The notes under the pieces were generated by a model that saw only the letters and a list, made by a program, of their open reading frames with translations, searched no databases and had not been told where the DNA came from. This document shows positions 22,256 to 34,520 of a stretch of 64,000 nt of DNA, piece after piece. Each line of letters starts with the position of its first letter. Within the stretch, counting starts at the first letter, position 1. The DNA is from Lepidodermella squamata. Lineage: Eukaryota > Animalia > Gastrotricha. Made by a program: the position numbers and the translations under genes. Location: NCBI GenBank assembly GCA_047495785.1, contig JBLDXI010000024.1, positions 2,604,001-2,668,000 on the forward strand. The letters run 5' to 3'.

Positions 22256-25200
22256 ATGCCCAAGTCTGTTAATTTGCCGCACTCGGCATCCGACCACGAG
22301 GCCAGTGGTCCGGAATCAGACAGTGATGAGCCTCGCGTCCTGATCCTTGCCAGGAAGAAGCAATGGACGGCAATTGAGACGTACTTGAGTGCGATGCGCC
22401 GGCGCCAGGCGCGCCTTGATAAGTCGCTACTCAACCCGACAGATCCAACGACGAGCCTCACTCTGCTCATGTTGGCGTGTCGCGAAAATCGCCGTGGGGT
22501 CATCGAGGCTCTTCTCGACATCGGAGTTGATGTCACCCAAGAAGCCGATGTAAGTCCTTAAATAAAATATAAATGATGACATATATGTTTACAGAAAAAC
22601 TTCCAAATCAGCCTTTGAAATTAAATTTTTGAAAAATGTTCTTAGGATGGCTCTACTGCTTTGCATTTCGCCGTTGGAGCTTGCAGTGACATAATAATAG
22701 AAAACTTGCTGAAAAGTGGAGCAGATCCGAATATAGTCGGTGGGGTAAGTTTTCAAACAAAATCGTCTCAATTTTTATTTTAGCGTTTTTAACAGCCAAA
22801 CGAGCAACTTCCATTGCACATTGCCTGCCAGCGAAGTTCTACTGCCCTAATTACGACTAAAATGCTTATGCGGAAGATGAGGGCCGAAGGTCGACTCATT
22901 AAGGACAAGGTCACAAATCTTGGTTAAATAAGCGAACAGTATGGAAAACCAAAATTTTATCATTTTAGAATGGCTGGATGCCGATAACTTATGCTGTATC
23001 GAATAGCAATCCGACCCTGGTTCGGGAGTTACTGACTTACTTCCCTCGAGAACAAACCGACGGCTGGCGGGAGGAGAAAACTGGAAATTCACTGGTAATA
23101 ATGGCAGAATTTACGGAAATCTGTACCTATCGCCAATTTTCTGTATTAGCTACATCTAGCGACTTTAAAACGAAGCCCAACAACAGCTGAGGTGCTAGTA
23201 AGACAAGGCCACGCCAATGTGAATCTTCAGAACTCGAAAGGCCAAACAGCCTTGCATTTAGCTGCGGCAAATTCAGATGAAATTATGGCGAAATGTCTTC
23301 ACTCTTTACACGCGAGTGCTGATATTGCGGATAAAGCCGAGCGAACACCGCTTCATGTGGCAGCCGTTGCTGGAAATACGTTGATAATTGAAATGATGGT
23401 CGATCGGATGAAAGCTGATGTCATGGTAAGTGCAAGCAGTTACTTTATGTATCTAAATTCAAGGAAAATTGATTCTCATATATATACCATACCCGAATTC
23501 TCTAATGTTTACTTCAACCAATTTGCAAGCCGGTCACAGAAGAAACGTTGTTAAGGAAGCTTAGGAATGTTGTCTAATCTAGGACCCGATGTCTTTATTG
23601 AAAAGAAAGATAGTTAGCAATGGAAACAGGCAGTTTTAAGCTGGCAATAGCTGCCATTCTTTGCTTCTGTCTTAGTGGCAACTTGCTCAAAATGACGGAT
23701 CTAGCAAGGGCTTGGAGCTTGATTCGACTCATCAATCCGCGTTTTAAATTGAGAATATCAAAGGTTTCATCCTTGACATAAACTTCAAAGAAAGTAGATA
23801 ATAGTTCGTCGCTGGTGTGATGCAGCATTTCTGTTATTTGGTATAGCTCACCGCGAACTCGTCTGTGAAATCCAGAAAATCTCGGGCCGGACTGAAGGAG
23901 AGGGATAACAACAGTACGCAAGACTTTTTCGGGGGGGTTTTTCTGGAATGCGAGGCCGGCCATGCAGGCGAAGAACTCAAGTCCAGCAGTGTTTGTTCCT
24001 TCGGTATCGTAAGCAATAGCTTCAATTACAGACACAGTCACGTCATCGTCGCATTCTTCGAGATAAGGGACTAAGTTGTAACAAATACCACGTCCCAGTA
24101 TGTAGCTACTTGTTCTGCTGTCTTCGAGCTTTTCAGGATCAGCTTTATCAAGAATCAGCTTTATGATGGCGTTTTTGCGGGAACGAAGTTCATCATTTCT
24201 GTCGTACCTCATCAAGGTCTTTGCGAGAGGTGAGATGAAAGTCATATAAGACCATAGTGGGTACTCGGCCGAGGCTCCAAAAGAGAGTAGAATCTCAACT
24301 CCGGGTGGAAATCGCACCCCAATGGCTATTGCAAGTAGATATGAGAGCAGGCAACTTGGCAGGGCTGAATGTTTGCCTAATAGCTCTTTCAATGAAGCTG
24401 CATTGCGAACTTGAACGCTTAGACTCATCAAAATCACCGATGAGTAATCACCACAGCTCGAGGCAGGAAGCATGCCCTGCAGCAATAACAGTTGTTCATT
24501 TTTCCACTCGCCGTCTATCGGATGCACATAGACATTTCTTGGTCCGATCGGGTAAAAAAGCGGTGGAATCAGTAATTTGTCGAACCCCGAGAAAGCCTGC
24601 CTTGTGGGAAGTTCAAGCAAGGTCATCGTCGTTAGACCAAGGTCATCGCTTTTAGTTTGAAATAGGTGCTAAGTCTCATCGAGAGCATTGCGTAGAACAT
24701 TTGAATCGTCCGGTTGGTGAAAATGGCACCGAGAACCGTTGCAAATCAGGCCCTCGGTGAAGTCTTTTTCTAAACTGTTCAATGCACTTTCCCCCCACTG
24801 TCTTTGATGCGGATTGAAGTTCTGACTCCCACTGAAAAGTGCTGTAGCCATTTTCTTAGACTGGTGTTCTGACGGAACTCAAATTTGGTGTTTCACGGGA
24901 TAAGCGGAATCTGCGATAAGATAAAGACGTCCAGAAACATCTCAGTGTGATTTCTGTCTTCTAATCAAACTTATTTTTCTATAGATATGGGTGAAACAAA
25001 TAAACTTAAAAAATGCCAGAATATTGCTTTTCTCTATTTTCAAGATGCGAACAACTGATGGCTCGACATTGATGCACCTTGCAGCTGAAGCTGGCCACAA
25101 AGCATGCGTAGCCGCTTTCCTGAAACGCGGCGTGTCTCTCGCTATGCCTAACAAATCCGGCATCTTATCGCTCCACCTCGCAGCGCAAAACGGGCACATC

Positions 25201-28200
25201 GACGTTGTACGCACCCTACTGGAACAAGGCGCTCCCGTCAACGCGCGGACGAAAGAACGCGTCACAGCTATGCATCTAGCAGTGATGTACAACAAGCCGG
25301 AGGTGATACAGCTGTTGATGGGCTTTGGTGCTAATGTCGACGTCAAGGGCGGCGTTAAGTTGGAGAGTCCGCTGCACATAGCGGCGAAGACGAATGCTGT
25401 TGCGTGTGCCCGGATGTTGTTGCTGAGTGGGGCTAATGTGAATGCGGTGTCGGGTGACGAGCAGGAAACGCCGCTTCACATGGCGGCAAGGCGGGGTTAC
25501 GACACCCTGGCGGCTCTACTTCTCGATGAAGGTGATGATTAGCCTATTTCGAACTATATAATAACACGTGGAATAAATATGGAAAATTTAACGATTTATT
25601 CTCAATAAAAAATAAAATTAAAAAATTCGCGAAATTTCGAAAATTATTTCGAAAAATCATCTTAAATTTAAAAATTTCCAAAAAAATATGTAGAAATTTT
25701 TCAAAAATTAGGGCAATATTTTAGGAATAATTTGCATATTTATTTTTTATTCCAAAAAATGCATGGGATTTTTGTAATATTTTTCATTTTTCACTCAATT
25801 CAGAATATGCCTGAAACCGCCGTTGGGAATTGTTATCGAATTTCATTTCTTTTATTTGTTTCTAGGAGCCCATGCGTCCATGTTGTCGAAGAATGGCGAA
25901 TCAGCCCTGCATCTAGCCGTTCGCCACTGCCACTTTGCAATGGTCCGCCTGTTGCTGGAGCACGCGAAGAAGCGCGCATCGCAGCGCGAAGTCGCTCACC
26001 TGGTCAACCAATCATCGGCCGACGGCGAAACCAGCCTGCACATGGCATTCGAACTCGACGACCGCCGGGTGCACTATGCTTTTGAAGATGTTGATATCGC
26101 TGATATTTTAATGACGAATGGCGCAGACCCGTTGGCTAAAACTAAATACGTAAAAATTTGAAAAAATAATTTCGAAAGAAATTCTGAATCTGAGATTTTT
26201 TCATTAAAGACGCTTGAAACGCCGCTACATTACAGTGCTCGATCCGGAAACATCAACGTCACGGTTGAATTAGCAAGATTTATGGTTAGAATTTTGAAAT
26301 GAGAACGTTTCGAATTTATTATTTTTTAATTTTTATTCAAGGGTCATAATTTCTCCCCTCTTGCTAACCGCCAAGCGAAGGTGAGTCTAAAAATAGAATT
26401 TTATTCTGTATTGAAGATGATTTTTTCGATTCGATAGAACGGAAAATCTCCGCTGCTCACTGCGTGCTATCATGGCCACACGGAAATCGTCGATTTTCTG
26501 AGTAATTTTTTCAAATTTTTATTTTCAATAATATTATTTAAATTTTCTACTCAATTTCAAACTTTTCAAATTTCAAATTTTTTAATTTTTGTAAATTTTT
26601 TCTCATGATATTTTTTGTATTCAGCCCAGCAAAACGCTCGTGTGGACCTTTTCGATGAAATGGGTCTCGCTGGGCTTCATGTGGCCGCCGAACAGGGTTT
26701 CATCGAATGTTGCGAGCTCCTTTTAGCTAAAAAAGCCTTCGTCAACGCCAAGTCACGTGCCGGCATTGCCCCGCTCCATCTGGCGGCCGCAAACGGCTTC
26801 AAAGATCTAGCCGTCCTTCTAGTCCGGAAATACCACGCCGCTCTCGACATTACGTCATTCGACAAGAAAACTCCCCTACATTTCGCCGCTGAAAATGGGC
26901 ACGAGTCCGTGGCCCATGCCCTGGTCCAGCTGCGGGCTGATGTGAATGCGGTTGATTCGATAGGCCAGACGCCGTTGCATCTTGCGGCAGAGAGTGACCA
27001 CTCGGGGGTTGTTAAAATGTTCCTGAAATACAGGCCTGAGCTGGTGTTTTCGGCTACGGCAGACGGCATGACTTGCGCTCATATAGCTGCCGGTTCGTTT
27101 ACTAGCTGTTTGAAATTTTATGAAAATTTTAAAATTTTTGAATGAAATCATAAAATTAACATGACAAAAATTTATAAAATTTACAAAAGATTGAATTTTA
27201 TAGGGATTAAATAAAGATTTTAAAATAAGGGTGAAAAATTGGGAAATTGAAAAAAATTATTTACGTTAATTATGAGAAATTCAAAAAATATTCAAAAATT
27301 TTACTTCAAAGCTTTGAAAATAAATGTAATGTTTTTAATTATAGCCAAAGGTTCTGTCGCCGTAATTAAAGAGCTGATGCGGTTCAACCGCGGCGTAGTA
27401 ATCGGGGCTCGAAATAGGGCCGAAGACAAGCCGCTTCACCTTGCTGCAAGCGGCGGCCATGGTGACGTAGTCAAAATCCTTATCGACGCCGGTTCGCCGC
27501 CGCAAGATGAAAACGCCGACGGCATGACGGCGCTTCATTTAGCCGCAAAGGAAGGATACCCGAATATACTCGGCGCAATCCCGGCATCGGTATCATGGGG
27601 GCTGCCTAGTGTGAAAACGGGGCTGACGCCGATTCACGTGGCGGCTTTCTTCTCAAAGGTCGACATGGTTCGCGAATTGCTAACCCGCGTGCCGCCTGAT
27701 GTCAAAACAGCCCCGCCGACCTTTATCAATATCAAGGATGAAAGTTTGAAAAAACTCATATCAACTGATGTAAGTCTTGAATTATTGAATGAAAAATCAA
27801 GTAAAAATCTGAAAAATTGCTTATAGCATGGCCTTACTCCGCTGCATGTTGCTTGCTATGCCGGGGTCGATCAAGTCGTTCGGCTTCTTCTGAATATTCC
27901 AGACGTACGGCCAGAAGCTAGGAGTACAGTTCAGGTACAAATTATCATTAGGCTGAAAGCTGATTGCTGAGTTTTTTTTAATATTTTTCCGAATTGTTTA
28001 GAAAACGACACCTCTTCATTTAGCAGCTGAAACTGGAAGTTTGACCGTTGCCAGTCTGTTGTTGTCGAAATCAACTGCCCTAATGAATAAAGAGGACGCC
28101 AGGGGTCAGAAGCCGTTGCACCTTGCAGCTCGAAATGGCCAAACCGACATGATTTCCAGCTTGGTCGGTCAGGGAGCTGATATTAATACTACAGACAATG

Positions 28201-31200
28201 TAAGTAAAAAAATCAATTAAAATTATGAAAATAAGCTATGATTTTATAGCATGGTTGGGTTCCATTGCATCACGCGGCAAGGAATGGTCAGCTTAATGCT
28301 GTTAAATTGCTATTGGAACTGGGCGCCTCTGTTACCCATGAAACTCGAGATGAAAGGGTGTCGCTGAGCTTGGCAGCTGGGGCGACTCATCTTGACGTTT
28401 TCATGTTCTTACTCAGCCGAGAACACGATACTGACAAATTATTGGAAGACAAAAAGGTAATAAACCAATAAATTCGAAAAATCAACAAAAAGCCTTACTT
28501 GATCTGATTAATTCCTGGCAAACAGCCTTTTGAATTTAGAAAAAATTCGCAAAATTTCAAAATATTATTCCGTGATTTTTTTATTTTTCAAAAATTTTCA
28601 AAATTTTAAATTATCATTAGGAACTTTTTTGAAATTTCAAAATTAAAAAAACTTTAAATTTGCATTAAAAAGGATTCCTATATTTAGCTCATGTTTTAGC
28701 TGATTTATTTTCATTTGTTCCTCTCTTCAATTAGTTTGTCGTTGATTTGATGAGATGCGGCCGAATTTCGGAGCAGAGAGCCATCGAAGAGTTCATATTA
28801 GCCTCCGAATCGCCTCTCGCTACCTCAGCGCTACTATCTCATCTATTCATCGAACAAGCGCCTCACAACCCAGACTTCGCTAAAGACTTGGAATCATCGG
28901 CTAAATTCTGCGCGAAAATAACGTCCTCCTTAATGGACATCGCCGCCCTTCAATCGTCGCCATCTCGAATCTTACAAGCAACCGACGCTAGGGGCAAACT
29001 TTTCATCGACGCGTTGCTGGACGACAATTTGAAGACAGTCATCGCAGATTCGGCCGTCCAGCGATATTTAACCGAAATTTGGGGCGGAACGTTGACGTGG
29101 AGTGGCGCGACGCAGTTTCTCCTCCAAATCGGCTTCATTTTATTCCCGCCTCTGATCGCCATTTTTACCCTGCCTTTGAAGCACGGATTTTTCAAAGTCC
29201 CCCTCGTTAAATTTATGTGTTACCTAGCGTCACATTTACAGTACATCTTCATTCTTTGCACGGTTTGTGTTGTCCCACTTCATCCGTTATCATCACGGGA
29301 AAATTACTACCCGACTTGGAATGAGATTTTGCTGGCGCTTTGGCTTGGAGGTATACTGACGGCTGAATTGACTAACCCGTCGAATGGGACATTCGATCGA
29401 GTAATGAAAGGCCTTATCATATCATTCTCCGGCGTTGCATTTGTCCTTCAAGCTATTGCGATTTACTACGGGTATTTAAAGCAAATTTCGGAAATATTTT
29501 AATTAATTTTTCGAAATTTTTAGGGCCGAAACTTATGATGGCAATATTTTGATGTACATCAGGAATCAAGTTTTTTCGCTGTGCGTCATTTTATCGGTCT
29601 ATTACCTAATTGAGGTATGTTTATTCCTATATGGGTCCGAATAATTGCACCACTAAAAATGATGCTCCAGCTTTATATTTAAGCGTCCTGGCACTCAATT
29701 TTTCCGATTCGTTGCGATTTCAGCGTTTTCTTTTTTTATCGATACTGAAGCCCTCCATGAACCTAGGATTTTTCAGTTTAGCTACATGGTGCCCTAAGCT
29801 ACGTAGAATAATTATCGATTTTGGGTTCCAAGGCGGCTGATATCGGGAAAATCGCTGATTTGTAAAATCGATACTTGGAATCGATATCGGCTCTATAAGA
29901 TAAAGTATGATTCATAAACTGATCGCTCGTAGCGCAAAATACGCGTAATATGAAGGTATATCGGTTATGCATGATAACAAAATATTGCACATTTCCCCAT
30001 CCGCCAGTGTTTCCTCCACGCTCGCATTCCTATTGGTTGGTTAAATTTACGCGTAACCGCACGTCGCGCGCATTTATTGCGCAACAAATAATTGCAGCTT
30101 TCTACGCGCGCGCTGCAAAGTTACAAGAAAACCACAAGTCAGCCAGCCCAAATTGAACAAGTCCAGTATATCATGTGAAGCGCGCGCATCGAGAGTACAT
30201 TTTTCAATTAGTGCAAAGGTTCTCAAAAAATTGCAAATATATATGCGAGAAATAATGGTGCCTTACAATCGACAGGCCGCTCAAAAATATTTCCAAGCAA
30301 AATAAAATCGCGCCACCATGGTTCATCATGATAATATGCCGCTTTTATGAAATCGCAATTTTTCTACATTTTTAGAAGCGCTTGAGTTTTGATCATTCTA
30401 AGAAATTTTTACAACCACTTCTACATAAGCGGCTCCGGTAATGAACGGTAACTTTTCAAACGCGCAAACTTTCTAGGGCAAGAAACATTTTTCAATCAAT
30501 TCGACGTAGCGCGAAAATAATCAAATGGCTAGAGTCGCAAGCTATATTTTGATGAAATTACCCCAAATTCACCGAAAATAGCTCGTGCCATCGGTGCGCG
30601 CTTTCGCAATTTGTTAGGTGAAATTTGAATTTTGCACGCGCACTATTTTCTATTTTCTATTCAATCGATAGGTAAACATAACGTAACATAAGAACAGAAT
30701 ACATGATAATCCAAATTTTGTCAAGTGAGACTAACAAAATCTGCCTTAATTTAAGCTTTTTTTATTTTCTTGAAACCATTTCGCTGACTCAGCGCAGGGC
30801 GCAGTCGTCTTTGCTCTCGTCCGTGCGCGCGCGCACGAAGGCAGTAATTATCTTAGTTGTTGCGCAACAACGCCCAGCCAATAGGAGCGCGCGCGTGGAG
30901 GAAACACCGGCGGATGGGGAAATGTGCCAAAATATTTGAGATTCTAGTGAAGACTAGAAACTCCAAAAACGATAACAAGGGGTAATCTAGCGCTAGTCTC
31001 AAATTTAGTGCTGGAACCCTAAATTTCGGGTGCGCAATTAGCAGTATTCCTACGATTTTTGAGGCTCCAGTACTAAATTTTACAAGATATTAGATTTTTC
31101 TAGGTCAATGCCTTCCTTATTTCATATAATCTTTATTATTAGGATGCCTAAGCGATAGATCTCACTAGGTCAAATCATATCGTCAGCGTCGTTGAATAAC

Positions 31201-32736
31201 TCGGATTAAGGCTTGTTTACATCCATTTCAAGGTGACGACTGACAAGTAAAAAGCGGCGTTTTTTACGTGAACGAAGAGGCAAAAACAAAGGACTGTTTA
31301 CTTGTCACCCGTCGCCTTGAAACTGACGTAAACAAGCCTAAATCCGAGTTATTCAACGACGCTGACGATATATCGATTTCAATTATCGGTTTTTATGAAT
31401 CAGTGATTTGTTTATATCAGGATTGTAGGAAGCCAACATTGGAGGTTCGTCTACAGGCTCGAGGCTATTCAAGGGTCTTAGAAGGGTTCAGGGTGTAAAA
31501 TAATCGACCTAGAAAGGAAATTTTGTGTTGGAACATCATTTAGGTCAAATCATGCCTAAATCAAATTGTTGATGTCATTTTCTGTTTTTTTCTCAAGTTT
31601 TTGACCTTCAACGAAATGTTTGGCCAACTGATGATTCTCATGTTCTACATCATCGGAGATACAATAGTTGGGACAATCATAATGATCGTCTTCTGCTTTG
31701 GCTGGTGGCTTCAATTAAATGCGATTTATAGCCCTGTTTGCCCTGAAGTTGAGCCGGAACTCACCGAAGACTGCATTTGCAACTTTCGAGTACCAGCCGG
31801 GTGCGAAATGCCTTATTCGGCCGGCGATGGAGGGGTAAATCCTAATCAATCCCACATAATGAATGACCTGCTTAATTAACTGTAATTGACCAGATTCCTG
31901 GCTGTCGTACGAACACAGATATTCTGGGAACTCTCTCCACGAATTTCCAACTCATTTTCATGGCTATGGCTCATAACAGCGACTACGGCTTCCAGCCATC
32001 TATTCGAAACTCGCCGCAGTGGGTCATCAGTTTCCAACGATTTCAATTCGCCCTTTTCCATATTGTTATCGTCCTGACTATATCAACAATTATTTCGGCA
32101 ATGGCGTCGGATACCTTCGAAAGACTGATCAAATACGGCGATCTTGAGTGGAAATTTGAGAGGGCTAAATTGATTCGAAACGTCATCAAAACCTCGCCAA
32201 TGCCGAGCCCGTTTAACCTATTCATTAAGCCTGTTATCTACCTGAAGGCGTTGATAAGGCGTGGGAGGTTGCTTTGCACACCCTACGCCTGGTTCTACCT
32301 GGGCCTCGAGGAGGAGGGCGGAGGTGTTGACGAGGAAATGGGCCTTGAGTCGAAAAGAGGCCAAGGGACGCTTAAATCTGAGATTTATTGGTCGAAATTA
32401 CGTGTTCTAGTTCGAAGGCCGTCTCGCATCAAGGCGTTGGCTGAAATTCCTATGGTTAAGACTAGTAAGGTGAGGAAGGATGACGAATTTGGCGTGAAAC
32501 GAGAAAGCCTTATGGAGGTGGCTGATTGGAGGCAGGTGATTCAGCGATATCGGGAGCTGTCTAGTGAGGTTGAACATGAAGATCAGTATATCAAGGAATT
32601 GAATTGCAAGCTGAGTGAACTGGATGAATGGCAGCAGGATATGTGGGAGGAGGCGGATGAGCTGGAGGAGGACGAGGAACGGGAGATCTACCGAAATTGG
32701 CTCATCGAAGAATTCAAAGAAGTCATAAAAAGCTGA
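22256..32736 (+). CDS. nompC: TRPN/NompC-family mechanosensitive TRP channel (long ankyrin array, 6TM, TRP box), many exons
   Basis: N-terminus resembles NompC (ILARKKQW..DPTTSLTLLMLACRENR); more than 20 ankyrin repeats across exons; VQRYLTEIW, VPLVKFMCYLASH, SDTFER..DLEWKF..KLIRN, PSPFNL. The junctions checked are GT-AG and in frame. Confidence 0.9.
23595..24851 (-). CDS. Nested antisense single-exon gene: degenerate ankyrin-like repeats plus C-terminal SOCS box (ASB-like); one in-frame TAG at 24669-24671
   Basis: C-terminus LQALARSVIL..IASLKLPVSIANYL is a SOCS box. The 60-aa and 343-aa ORFs share a frame, separated by TAG plus 14 codons. Lies in TRPN intron 23426-25044. Confidence 0.65.
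29987..30927. mobile_element. Non-autonomous Mutator-type MITE (941 bp)
   Basis: About 55-bp TIRs GCACATTTCCCCATCCGCC.. flanked by a perfect 9-bp TSD CAAAATATT (29978-29986, 30928-30936). Confidence 0.85.
31177..31371. mobile_element. Palindromic MITE (~195 bp)
   Basis: About 75-bp imperfect inverted arms ATATCGTCAGCGTCGTTGAATAACTCGGATT.. / ..AATCCGAGTTATTCAACGACGCTGACGATAT, with TA/ATAT flanks. Confidence 0.8.
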
Positions 32737-34520
32737 GAAGTACAACAGAGACAGCTTCGATTAAATTATTTGAAAATTGAAAAAGCTCTGTAAAATTGTT
32801 ACTTCTGCAATGCAGTATATATTTTAGCAATAAAATAAAAATTATGTCGGATTTTTCTGTAATTTGTATGTAGGTCATAACAATTTAAAATAACACTGAA
32901 GCAATTTTGGGCATTTTTTGGAATTTATTCATTAATTTTATGATCTTGCTTTGAATTTTGAAACCCTTTTCTGAATTTTCTGGAACTTAATAGATTAATA
33001 GAGAAAATCCAAATTAATTACATTGAAATTATCATTGATTTTCAGTTTAAGGCCTTGCTTGCGATACTTATGTACTTTTATGAAATCAACGGTCCTGACC
33101 GCGGAGAGAGCGGTCCTTTTCCATTCAGATACTCAGGCCCGTAGACGAATTTAGTTATATTTCGTCAACGGAGAACTCAGCCTAGGAATTCACCTCTCCC
33201 TTGACGCCGCTGTAACTGATAATTTCAAGCGCTGAAACAAATAAATCAGGGCGTTGAATATCCAAAAAAATAAATTTTAACGCTTGGCGTTAATAAGTAC
33301 AGTGCTCCCTCGATATAAGCAAGGGGGCGGGATCCACGCGATTGCTCTTATCGAGGGTTGCTCTTATAGAGGGCTGTTAAAGAGCTAGCGATGAATCATA
33401 AGTGCGTCGCCAGGTTTTTTTCTCAGTTGCTAGGGCGACGTTTATTTCACTGGTTAGCCATATCCAAGATAATCTGGTGTTCATGTAATGATTTTCGATG
33501 TGGTAGATAGTATTTGATATGCAAAGTTTGATCATTTGAATTCCAATTGTATTTTAAGCTGGCTGACATTTTTTAACATTTTTCTAATAATTTCTGAAAA
33601 ATATTTCATCGAATAATTTCTTCATTTATGATCAGGACACTTCGGTTACGCCAATTTACCCAGCGATAGTTGCGAGCCATCTAAATCGAATGCGATATTT
33701 TAATTTAATTGATCCAAATTTGGAAATTTGAAGGTTAACAAAGCTTGAAAGCCTTCATTAGAATTAAATGTAGCAATTCCATTTGGTTCAAAGACAAACC
33801 ATGGATACACTAGCGGATAAGCGAACAATGTTAGGTAAAATTCGGCTAGGAGCCTGTGATGCCTAAAACCTATCCAAGGTTGAAACGCATTTTTTCTCAT
33901 AAATCCGTGAAAAAACTGAAGGACTCGGGGCGAACATTGCTTGGAAATCTTGTTGGAAGTTTGCTTGAATCTTGAGTCGAAGCTGTATCCTAACTTCATT
34001 TTTTCAGAATTCTATAGAATTAAAACAGATTTACGGCATTACGATTCCTCGTGATGTGCTTTGATGGAATACAACAGCTTGAATGCCACCTTTATCTGTT
34101 CTGAAAACTTCGGTAGAACAGTAGATAATCAGCAGTTTGCTTTTTATCGCTCTTTAAATAATTTTTCTAGACCCGTAGCGTAATCACTATCATTCTTTAA
34201 AAAATCTCATCAATGGCTAGTAGTAGTGTTTGTGAATGAAAAAATACGAGAGAGCAAACGCGCGCGCACGATCTCAAAATTGAAGCCAGTGCTGAGATAA
34301 AAAACATCGATCTGTAAAGATGGAGATCAAGAGATCACGGCGCGCCGCCGTCCAACTGAAAAATCACAAACGCCAGGAGCAGCGTTACAATTCTGTTGCT
34401 AACGTAAACAAATTCTTCATGTAAATTAAAAATTATCATGTAAAAAATTTTAATTTGTCGAGAAATAATTTTTTAACAAATAAAATCAACGGGATCCAAA
34501 AAAAGTTGCTAGTAGCGAGG

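Noticed and set aside
24617-24648. Twin CAAGGTCA nuclear-receptor half-sites
   Set aside because: Part of an 11-bp local duplication within a reading frame; no independent support for regulation.
33700-33999. Pogo transposase remnant (FFHGFMRKN)
   Set aside because: Only a faint resemblance to a CENP-B-type HTH; no continuous frame or DDD motif visible.
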